32,000 nt of DNA, from assembly GCF_005696695.1 (NCBI RefSeq), contig NZ_CP040006.1:60001-92000 (forward strand), given 5' to 3'. The translations under genes and the position numbers were made by a program. Below are positions 8,410 to 14,871 of the stretch, piece after piece; position 1 is the first letter of the stretch; each line of letters starts with the position of its first letter. The stretch comes from Schaalia odontolytica (GTDB taxonomy: Bacteria > Actinomycetota > Actinomycetes > Actinomycetales > Actinomycetaceae). Under the pieces are notes generated by a model that did not search any database, was not told the DNA's origin, and saw nothing but the letters and a program-made list of their open reading frames with translations.

Positions 8410-8455
8410 ATGGGTGGCGGTGATGTTCTTGCTCCCGTGGGCACCACAGCCAGGC

Positions 8456-8593
8456 CCCGTGCCTCGAAGCGTTCCCTGTCCTCAGTTTCGCATGCAATTC
8501 CCTGACACCTGCAGTTCGTCACTGAGTGAAAAGCCCGGAATTTCAACGATTATATTTCAAAGCATGAAGTGTGCGCGGGGGAATTGCATGCGA
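8456..8593. repeat. 138-bp repeat R1 (MITE-like; 16-bp terminal inverted repeats)
   Basis: Differs at 4 of 138 positions from 9822-9959 (hand count). Internal inverted repeat TTCGCATGCAATTCCC (8487-8502) / GGGAATTGCATGCGAA (8579-8594) encloses a 76-nt, relatively AT-rich core. Confidence 0.8.
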
Positions 8594-8701
8594 ATATGTG
8601 CCGATCGGGCCCGCGTGCGTGTGAAAAGTCCTCCATGTTGGCTCGGTGCCCACTGTTGGACCCTGGCAGCCCGCCTATCTCGCATCCCACACCCCATATA
8701 G

Positions 8702-8730
8702 TTGAAGATTCAACCGTAACCCCATAGGCT
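8702..8730 (+). promoter_or_regulatory. Candidate promoter giving a leaderless LLM transcript
   Basis: TTGAAG (8702-8707), a 17-nt spacer, then TAGGCT (8725-8730). The ATG at 8737 lies 6 nt after the -10 and has no Shine-Dalgarno sequence, as is typical of actinobacterial leaderless genes. Confidence 0.4.
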
Positions 8731-8736
8731 GAACCC

Positions 8737-9816
8737 ATGAAATACTTCGGATTCCTGAGCTTCGGCCACTACTCGAACGGCGGCCGCCACGGCATCACCG
8801 CCGCCGAGTCCCTTCACCAGGCGATCGACCTGTCCGTCGCCGACGACGAGCTCGGCGTCAACGGCGCCTTCTTCCGCGTCCACCACTTCGCCCCGCAGGC
8901 GGCCGCGCCCATGCCGCTCCTCTCAGCCATTGCCTCGCGCACGAAGGCCATCGAGGTCGGCACGGGCGTCATCGACATGCGCTACGAGAACCCCCTCTAC
9001 CTCGCAGAGGAGGCCGCCGCCCTGGACCTGATCGCGGACGGGCGCACGGCCCTCGGCGTCTCCCGCGGCGCCCCCGAAATCGCCTACAAGGGATGGGAAT
9101 CCTTCGGCTACCACTCCGAGCAGCGAAACGGTGCCGACCTCGCCCGCGCCCACTACGAGCGCTTCCTCGATGCCATCGACGGAAAGGCGATGGCCGAGGC
9201 CGCACCCCTGCACGAGCAGTACCCGACCCAGTTGAACCCGGGCACGCCTCTGCCGGTCCTCCCGCACTCGCCCGGTCTGCGATCACGCATCTGGTACGGT
9301 GCGGGATCCAACGCATCGGCGATCCAGGCGGCCCGCGACGGCGTGAACCTCATGAGTTCCACGCTGGTCTTCGAGCACGGTGACAAGCCTTTCGGTGACA
9401 TCCAGGCTGAGCAGCTGCGCGCCTACCGCCAGGCGTGGGCCGAGGCCGGCCACGGCTGGACGCCGCGTGTGTCCGTGTCCCGCTCGATCTTCCCGCTCCT
9501 GTCCGAGCGTGACCGCGGCCTGTATGGCCTGAGCGCCTCGGGAGACCAGGTCGGCCACCTCGACTCGGGAATCGCGACCTTCGGGCGCACCTACGCGGCC
9601 GACCCCTCGACGCTCATGAAGCAGCTGAGCCAGGACCGCGCCCTCGCGGAGGCCGACACCCTCCTCCTGACGATCCCCAACCAGCTCGGATTCGAGGAAA
9701 ACTGGTCGATTATCCGCAACTTCGCGGAGTACGTGGCCCCCGCGCTCGGGTGGGAGCCGGCGCGTCCGGGTGCCCTCCCGACGGGTTACGACATCGACGA
9801 GGTCGTGGCCGAGTAG
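8737..9816 (+). CDS. Luciferase-like (LLM class) flavin-dependent oxidoreductase, intact copy
   Basis: ORF track 8737..9816, 359 aa. LLM-type N-terminus: MKYFGFLSFGHY..LGVNGAFFRVHHF..PMPLLSAIASRTKAIEVGTGVIDMRYENPLYLAEEAAALDLIADGRTALGVSRG. Confidence 0.82.
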   Translation: MKYFGFLSFGHYSNGGRHGITAAESLHQAIDLSVADDELGVNGAFFRVHHFAPQAAAPMPLLSAIASRTKAIEVGTGVIDMRYENPLYLAEEAAALDLIADGRTALGVSRGAPEIAYKGWESFGYHSEQRNGADLARAHYERFLDAIDGKAMAEAAPLHEQYPTQLNPGTPLPVLPHSPGLRSRIWYGAGSNASAIQAARDGVNLMSSTLVFEHGDKPFGDIQAEQLRAYRQAWAEAGHGWTPRVSVSRSIFPLLSERDRGLYGLSASGDQVGHLDSGIATFGRTYAADPSTLMKQLSQDRALAEADTLLLTIPNQLGFEENWSIIRNFAEYVAPALGWEPARPGALPTGYDIDEVVAE

Positions 9817-9821
9817 CCGGT

Positions 9822-9959
9822 CCCGTGCCTCGACGTGTTCCCTATCCTCAGTTTCACATGCAATTCCCTGACACCTGCAGTTCGTCACTGAGTGAAAAGC
9901 CCGGAATTTCAACGATTATATTTCAAAGCATGAAGTGTGCGCGGGGGAATTGCATGCGA
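9822..9959. repeat. 138-bp repeat R2 (second copy of R1), starting 6 nt after the LLM stop
   Basis: Aligns with 8456-8593 at a constant offset of 1366 with 4 mismatches. The left inverted-repeat arm (9853-9868) carries one uncompensated mismatch (TTCACATG..). Confidence 0.8.
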
Positions 9960-10222
9960 GTTTTTGGGGTAGCGGGCACATTGATACCTGCTGGTCGCGC
10001 AGCTGGAACCCGCGAGCCAGGTTGGCCGGTTGTCTGAAACCGCCATCGCCTTTGCTCGCTCGTGCTCGTGTGGGATTGAATCCGTCATCGCCTTTGTGGG
10101 TGCGAAATGGGTGTTTTTGGTGCAGTTTTCGGGTGCAGAGGTGATGCCGGTTTCAATGGTTGCTGTTCAGGGGCGCGCAGTGGTGTTGTCGGTTTCAAAG
10201 TCGCCACGTTGTCGCTCCTCTT

Positions 10223-10382
10223 GCGCGAAAAAGTTCGCCCGGCGTGGCCTGATGTGTGCGTGAGCGCGAAAAAGTTCGCCCTGCGCGCTCACAATGGCTC
10301 AAAATTGGCGTTTTTACGCTTGCTGGGCGAACTTTTCGCGGAAATGCCGCTGAAGGGGCCGTGCTGGGCGATTTTTTCGCGC
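10223..10382. repeat. 160-bp nested palindrome built from four copies of GCGCGAAAAAGTTCGCCC
   Basis: Direct copies lie at 10223-10240 and 10264-10281. Inverted copies lie at 10325-10340 (GGGCGAACTTTTCGCG) and 10366-10382 (GGGCGATTTTTTCGCGC). Both pairs are symmetric about position ~10303. Confidence 0.65.
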
Positions 10383-10571
10383 CAATCGGCCCTGCGCCCA
10401 GGTCTTGTAGGCGACGTGGCGCACGAGGCTGGCTGCGGTGGGGGTTTTGCAGCATTAGAAGCTGGTTAGCGGCGTGTCGTACCTCTAATGACGCCATTTC
10501 CCCCGTTTGGTGACGGCCCGGCCGAGCCGAGCGCCGCAAGTGCGCGCAGCGCGTGCGGCAGCCGCGACAAC

Positions 10572-10619
10572 TGGACATTAGGTCAGCAGCTGCTGTATAG
10601 TTCAGTGCATGCTGACTAT
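10572..10619 (+). promoter_or_regulatory. Candidate leaderless cmtR promoter with an overlapping ArsR/SmtB-type imperfect inverted repeat
   Basis: TGGACA (10572-10577), an 18-nt spacer, TATAGT (10596-10601), then 7 nt to ATG 10609 with no SD. ATAGTTCAG-TGCATG-CTGACTAT (10597-10619) is an imperfect inverted repeat spanning the -10 and the start codon. Confidence 0.4.
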
Positions 10620-10977
10620 TGCTTCGCGCCTCGACGTCATGAACCGGCTCGGCCGGGCCATGGCCGACCCGACGCGTTCCCGGATCCTGATGTCCCTGCT
10701 TGACGGCCCGAGCCACCCCGCCGTGCTCTCGCGCGAGCTGGGGCTGACCCGCTCGAACGTGTCCAACCATCTGACCTGTCTGCGCGACTGCGGCATCGTG
10801 GTCGCTGAGCCCGAGGGCCGCCAGACTCGCTACGAGATCGCCGACCCGCACCTGGCCGCGGCGCTGACGGCACTGGTCGATGTGACCCTCGCCGTGGACG
10901 AGAGCGCGCCGTGCATCGACCCAGCCTGCTCGGTGCCAGGCTGCTGCGCCGCGAGCAGTTCGGGGGACGCCTCGTGA
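10609..10977 (+). CDS. cmtR: ArsR/SmtB-family metal-sensing repressor, CmtR-like (Cd/Pb sensor type)
   Basis: ORF track 10609..10977. It is close, along its length, to my recollection of M. tuberculosis CmtR: ..RLGRAMADPTRSRILMSLLDG..LGLTRSNVSNHLTCLRDCGIVVAEPEGRQTRYEIAD..LAVDESAPC... The Cys pair in LTCLRDCG and the C-terminal Cys residues are conserved. Confidence 0.85.
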   Translation: MLTIASRLDVMNRLGRAMADPTRSRILMSLLDGPSHPAVLSRELGLTRSNVSNHLTCLRDCGIVVAEPEGRQTRYEIADPHLAAALTALVDVTLAVDESAPCIDPACSVPGCCAASSSGDAS

Positions 10978-12878
10978 GCGCCGCCTGCGGCTGCGACGAG
11001 CCGACGACCAGTCCCGCGGACGAGGCAGAGGAGGTAGAGCGCCCGTGGTGGCGTGATCCCGGCCTGGTCGTGCCGATCCTCTCCGGCGTCGCGTTCGGCA
11101 CTGGCCTGGCGCTGGAGTGGTCGGGGCTGCACATCGCGGCGCTGGTCGCGTTCTGGGCGGGCCTGCTGCTGGGCGCGTACACGTTCGTGCCCGGTGCGAT
11201 TCGGAATCTCGTTGTGAAGCGCAAGCTCGGGATCGCGCTGCTGATGACGATCAGCGCCGTGGGCGCGGTGATCCTCGGCTACGTCGAGGAGGCGGCCGCG
11301 CTGGCGTTCCTCTTCTCGATCGCCGAGGCCCTGGAGGACAAGGCGATGGACCGCGCCCGCGGTGGGCTGCGCGCGCTGCTGAAGCTCGTGCCGGAGACCG
11401 CGACCGTGCTGCGCGACGGGACCTCCGCCTCGGTCCCGGCCAGGGAGATCGCCGTCGGCGACGTGCTGCTGGTCCGCCCTGGCGAGCGGGTCGCGACCGA
11501 TGGGCTGGTCCGCTCGGGCCGGTCGAGCCTGGACACTTCGGCGATCACGGGTGAATCGATCCCGGTCGAGGTCGCGCCCGGAGAAGCGGTGTCGGCGGGC
11601 GCGATCAACAGCGCCGGCGTGCTGGAGGTCGAGGCGACCGCCGCGGGTACCGACAACTCGCTGACCACGATCGTGGAGCTGGTAGAGCAGGCCCAGGCCG
11701 AGAAGGGCGACCGAGCCCGGATCGCTGACCGGATCGCCCGCCCGCTGGTACCCGGCGTGATGGTCCTCGCCGTCCTCGTCGGCGTGCTCGGGTCCCTGCT
11801 CGGCGACCCGGAGACCTGGATCACCCGCGCCCTGGTCGTCCTCGTTGCGGCCAGCCCCTGCGCGATGGCGATCGCGGTGCCCGTCACCGTGGTCTCCGCG
11901 ATCGGTGCGGCGACCAAGTTCGGCGTCGTCATCAAGAGCGGGGCCGCCTTCGAGCGCCTCGGCGGTATCCGGCACCTGGCCGTGGACAAGACCGGCACTC
12001 TGACCCGCAACCGGCCCGAGGTAACCGCCATCGTCGCCGCCCATGGGTTCGACGATGCGCAGGTGCTTGCTTGGGCTGCCGCAGTGGAGCAGCACTCGAC
12101 GCACCCACTCGCAGCCGCCATCGCCGCCGCGGGCTGGGGAACCCCCGCCGCGCAGGACGTGGCCGAGGAGGCCGGGCACGGCATCGGTGGCCTGGTCGAC
12201 GGCCGCAGGGTGGCGGTGGGCAGTCCGCGCTGGATTGACGCCGGTCCGCTCAAGGCCCGGGTCGAAGACCTGGAGGCCGAGGGGCAGACCTGCGTGCTCG
12301 TCACCGTCGACGGCTTCCTGGCCGGTGCGATCGGCGTCCGCGACGAGCTGCGCCCCGAGGTCCCCGAGGTCGTGCGGACCCTGCGCGACCAGGGCGTCGA
12401 GGTGAGCATGCTCACCGGCGACAACTCCCGCACCGCTGCTGCGCTGGCGAAGCTGGCCGGGATCGGCGACGTGCACGCCGAGCTGCGTCCCGAGGACAAG
12501 GCTCGTATCGTCGCCGGGTTCTCGGAGACGTCGCCGACCGCGATGATCGGCGATGGCATCAACGACGCGCCCGCCCTGGCCGGGGCGACCGTGGGCATCG
12601 CGATGGGCGCGACCGGCTCCGACGCCGCGATCGAGTCCGCCGACGTCGCCTTCACCGGCCACGACCTCGGCCTCATCCCGCAGGCTCTGCGCCACGCCCG
12701 CCGCGGCGGCAGGATCATCAACCAGAACATCGTTCTGTCCTTGGCGATCATCACTGTGCTGCTGCCGCTGGCGATCACCGGCGTGCTCGGCCTGGCAGCG
12801 GTCGTCCTCGTGCACGAGGTCGCCGAAGTCGTCGTCATCGCCAACGGACTGCGGGCTGCGCGTGCCCGCAAGCAATAG
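10974..12878 (+). CDS. Heavy-metal-translocating P1B-type ATPase (SPC motif); ion specificity not assignable
   Basis: ORF track 10911..12878. GTG 10974 overlaps the cmtR stop (GTGA) and is taken as the start, though this is uncertain. Motifs: AASPCAM in a TM helix, phosphorylation site DKTGTLT, HP (STHPLA), GDGINDAPAL hinge, late TM ..LVHEVAEVVVIANG... The N-terminus is short, with a CGC motif, and has no long metal-binding domain. Confidence 0.88.
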   Translation: MSAACGCDEPTTSPADEAEEVERPWWRDPGLVVPILSGVAFGTGLALEWSGLHIAALVAFWAGLLLGAYTFVPGAIRNLVVKRKLGIALLMTISAVGAVILGYVEEAAALAFLFSIAEALEDKAMDRARGGLRALLKLVPETATVLRDGTSASVPAREIAVGDVLLVRPGERVATDGLVRSGRSSLDTSAITGESIPVEVAPGEAVSAGAINSAGVLEVEATAAGTDNSLTTIVELVEQAQAEKGDRARIADRIARPLVPGVMVLAVLVGVLGSLLGDPETWITRALVVLVAASPCAMAIAVPVTVVSAIGAATKFGVVIKSGAAFERLGGIRHLAVDKTGTLTRNRPEVTAIVAAHGFDDAQVLAWAAAVEQHSTHPLAAAIAAAGWGTPAAQDVAEEAGHGIGGLVDGRRVAVGSPRWIDAGPLKARVEDLEAEGQTCVLVTVDGFLAGAIGVRDELRPEVPEVVRTLRDQGVEVSMLTGDNSRTAAALAKLAGIGDVHAELRPEDKARIVAGFSETSPTAMIGDGINDAPALAGATVGIAMGATGSDAAIESADVAFTGHDLGLIPQALRHARRGGRIINQNIVLSLAIITVLLPLAITGVLGLAAVVLVHEVAEVVVIANGLRAARARKQ

Positions 12879-12903
12879 GTGTTCCGTCCAACGCCATAAC
12901 TCA

Positions 12904-13192
12904 GACATGCGCTACGAGAACCCCCTCTATCTCGCCGAGGAGGCCGCAGCCCTGGACCTGATCGCCGACGGCCACACCGCCCTCGACGCTCATTAAGCAG
13001 CTGAGCCAGGACCGCGCCCTCGCGGAGGCCGACACCCTCCTCCTGACGATCCCTAACCAGCTCGGATTCGAGGAAAACTGGTCGATTATCCGCAACTTCG
13101 CGGAGTACGTGGCCCCCGCGCTCGGGTGGGAGCCGGCGCGTCCGGGTGCCCTCCCGACGGGCTACGACATCGACGAGGCCGGGGCCGAGTAG
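12904..13192 (+). pseudogene. 5'-truncated, internally deleted second copy of the LLM oxidoreductase gene
   Basis: 12904-12985 aligns with 8974-9055 (7 mismatches in 82). 12986-13192 aligns with 9610-9816, including the TAG stop (5 mismatches in 216 when the 9 nt after the stop are counted). The equivalent of 9056-9609 (554 bp) is missing, which shifts the frame; a TAA follows at 12994-12996. Confidence 0.88.
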
Positions 13193-13300
13193 CCGGTCCC
13201 GCGCGGTTCGGTGACTGGGAGTAGGCGACTCGGTTATCGCATCTTGCCGTCTGTGATCGGGAGAGAGGTGTCAAGCGTCGATCAGCGCCTCGTCATTAAG

Positions 13301-13343
13301 CCGGGGTGGGGCATTGGGATGCCCCACCCCGGTTTCCCTTTTT
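13301..13343 (+). terminator. Rho-independent terminator downstream of the LLM remnant
   Basis: CCGGGGTGGGGCAT (13301-13314), loop TGGG, ATGCCCCACCCCGG (13319-13332), followed by TTTCCCTTTTT. Confidence 0.78.
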
Positions 13344-13403
13344 GTGTGTGCTGGCATACACTGGTCGGACACTATCCATGCAAGACGATGAGGTCTTCTC
13401 ATA

Positions 13404-14870
13404 ATGGCTCGACGCTCCAAGGGCGCGGTGTCAATCAATCCGCGCTCCGCTCAGAATATGTCCACGCGACCGGCAGATTTTGCCAAGAAAAAGCAGGCGA
13501 TCAGCCCGGTCAAGGTATTCGGCGCCGTAGCGGCGCTGGCGTGTATCGTGACCTGCCTGTTCGTGCAGCTACCCGGCCTGGATGTGGCCGGCACGCGCAT
13601 GTTCGGCATCTTCCTGGCGGCGATTCTGCTGTGGGTGACGGAGGCGGTGCCGCTCGCGGGCACGGCGGTCCTCGTCATTTTCCTGGAGGTCCTGTTCATT
13701 TCGGACCACGCGCTGCTGAGCGTGGGTGAGGGCGCCCCGGCATACACGAAGTTCTTCGGTGCCCTGGCTAACCCGGTTATCATCCTGTTCCTGGGCGGCT
13801 TCATGGTGGCCGATGGCGCCGCCAAGTACAAGCTGGACCGTGCCCTGTCGGCCGTGCTCCTCAAGCCATTCATGGGCAAGCCGCGCCTGACCGTCATGGG
13901 CGTCATGCTGATCACCGCGATCATGAGTATGTTCATGTCGAACACGGCGACCACGGCGACGATGTTCGCCGTCATGATGCCCGTCATCATGGCCCTGCCC
14001 GAGGGCAAGGCACGCACCGGCATCGCCCTGTCGATCCCGGTCGCCGCGAACGTCGGCGGCATGGGCACGCCGGTCGGCACGCCCCCGAACGCGATCGCTC
14101 TGGGCGCCCTGGAGAACGCGGGTGTGAAGGTGACCTTCCTGCAGTGGATGCTCGCGGCTGTCCCGCTCATGCTGATCCTCCTGGCGCTGTCGTGGGCGTT
14201 CATCGCGTGGCGTTACATCCCCACCGACGCCAAGTTTGATATCGACACGTCGGCGCGCTTCGAGAAGTCGCGCAGCGCGATCATCTTCTACTCGGTCGCT
14301 GGCCTGACGATCCTCCTGTGGATGACGGAGTCCCTGCACCACATTTCCGCTAACGTCGTCGGCTTCCTGCCGGTCGTGGTCCTCCTGATGACGAAGGTGA
14401 TGAGCGGGGATGACCTGCGCGCCCTGGACTGGCCGGTCCTGTGGCTGGTCGCGGGCGGTATTGCGTTGGGCTCGGGCGTGGCCGCTACGGGCCTCGACAA
14501 GTGGATGCTCGGATCGATCCAGTGGGCCTCGATCCCCGGCATCCTCCTGATCTTCGTGCTGGCCCTCGTGGGCTGGGTGACCTCGAACGTCATTTCGCAC
14601 TCCGCGTCCGCGAACCTCCTGATCCCCATGGGCATGGGCCTGGCGACGACGGTCTCCACGAGCGCCGCCGAAATCGCCATCGTCATCGCCCTGGGCTGCT
14701 CGCTCGGCATGTGCCTGCCGATCTCGACTCCGCCGAACGCGATCGCGTACTCGACGGGCACGACTCCCACCCGCGAGATGGCGATCGTCGGCATCGTCGT
14801 GGGCGTCGTGGGCATCATCCTCCTGGCGTTCATCGCGCCGCTGACCTGGGGATTCATCGGGGTGATGTGA
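13404..14870 (+). CDS. DASS/SLC13-family anion:sodium symporter (di/tricarboxylate or sulfate type)
   Basis: ORF track 13404..14870. Polytopic protein with the family's paired hairpin motifs (..FMSNTATTATMFAV.. and ..GTPPNAIA.. / ..ISTPPNAIAYS..). An alternative start is ATG 13458. Confidence 0.8.
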   Translation: MARRSKGAVSINPRSAQNMSTRPADFAKKKQAISPVKVFGAVAALACIVTCLFVQLPGLDVAGTRMFGIFLAAILLWVTEAVPLAGTAVLVIFLEVLFISDHALLSVGEGAPAYTKFFGALANPVIILFLGGFMVADGAAKYKLDRALSAVLLKPFMGKPRLTVMGVMLITAIMSMFMSNTATTATMFAVMMPVIMALPEGKARTGIALSIPVAANVGGMGTPVGTPPNAIALGALENAGVKVTFLQWMLAAVPLMLILLALSWAFIAWRYIPTDAKFDIDTSARFEKSRSAIIFYSVAGLTILLWMTESLHHISANVVGFLPVVVLLMTKVMSGDDLRALDWPVLWLVAGGIALGSGVAATGLDKWMLGSIQWASIPGILLIFVLALVGWVTSNVISHSASANLLIPMGMGLATTVSTSAAEIAIVIALGCSLGMCLPISTPPNAIAYSTGTTPTREMAIVGIVVGVVGIILLAFIAPLTWGFIGVM

Positions 14871-14871
14871 C

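Noticed and set aside
7899-8505. ORFs overlapping the tRNA-Leu gene and its downstream flank (7899..8423 +, 7958..8497 -, 8011..8505 +).
   Set aside because: They overlap a well-folded tRNA and its terminator. They also overlap one another and are compositionally random.
8414-10037. ORFs 8414..8701 and 9750..10037 share the peptide ..PQF-MQFPDTCSSSLSEKPGISTIIFQSMKCARGNCMR.. and could be taken for a duplicated small gene.
   Set aside because: The identity comes from the 138-bp DNA repeat (R1/R2). The reading frames start and end in unrelated flanks, have no RBS, and run through the inverted-repeat arms.
10223-10281. The two direct GCGCGAAAAAGTTCGCCC copies with 41-bp periodicity, considered as a mini CRISPR array.
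   Set aside because: There are only two direct copies, the unit is short at 18 nt, and the next two copies are inverted. The pattern is a palindrome, not a repeat-spacer array. No cas genes are present.
12553-12996. ORF 12553..12996 (+), which appears to fuse the ATPase 3' region to the MRYENPLYLAEEAAALDLIADGHTALDAH peptide.
   Set aside because: It is an out-of-frame read through the ATPase gene that happens to stay open into the LLM remnant. It is not a real fusion gene.
7925-13300. A classical tRNA-targeting genomic island with integrase and att direct repeats.
   Set aside because: No integrase, recombinase, transposase or relaxase ORF is present, and I could not find a second copy of the tRNA-Leu 3' end anywhere in the window. 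The rearrangement is better explained by homologous recombination within the LLM gene.
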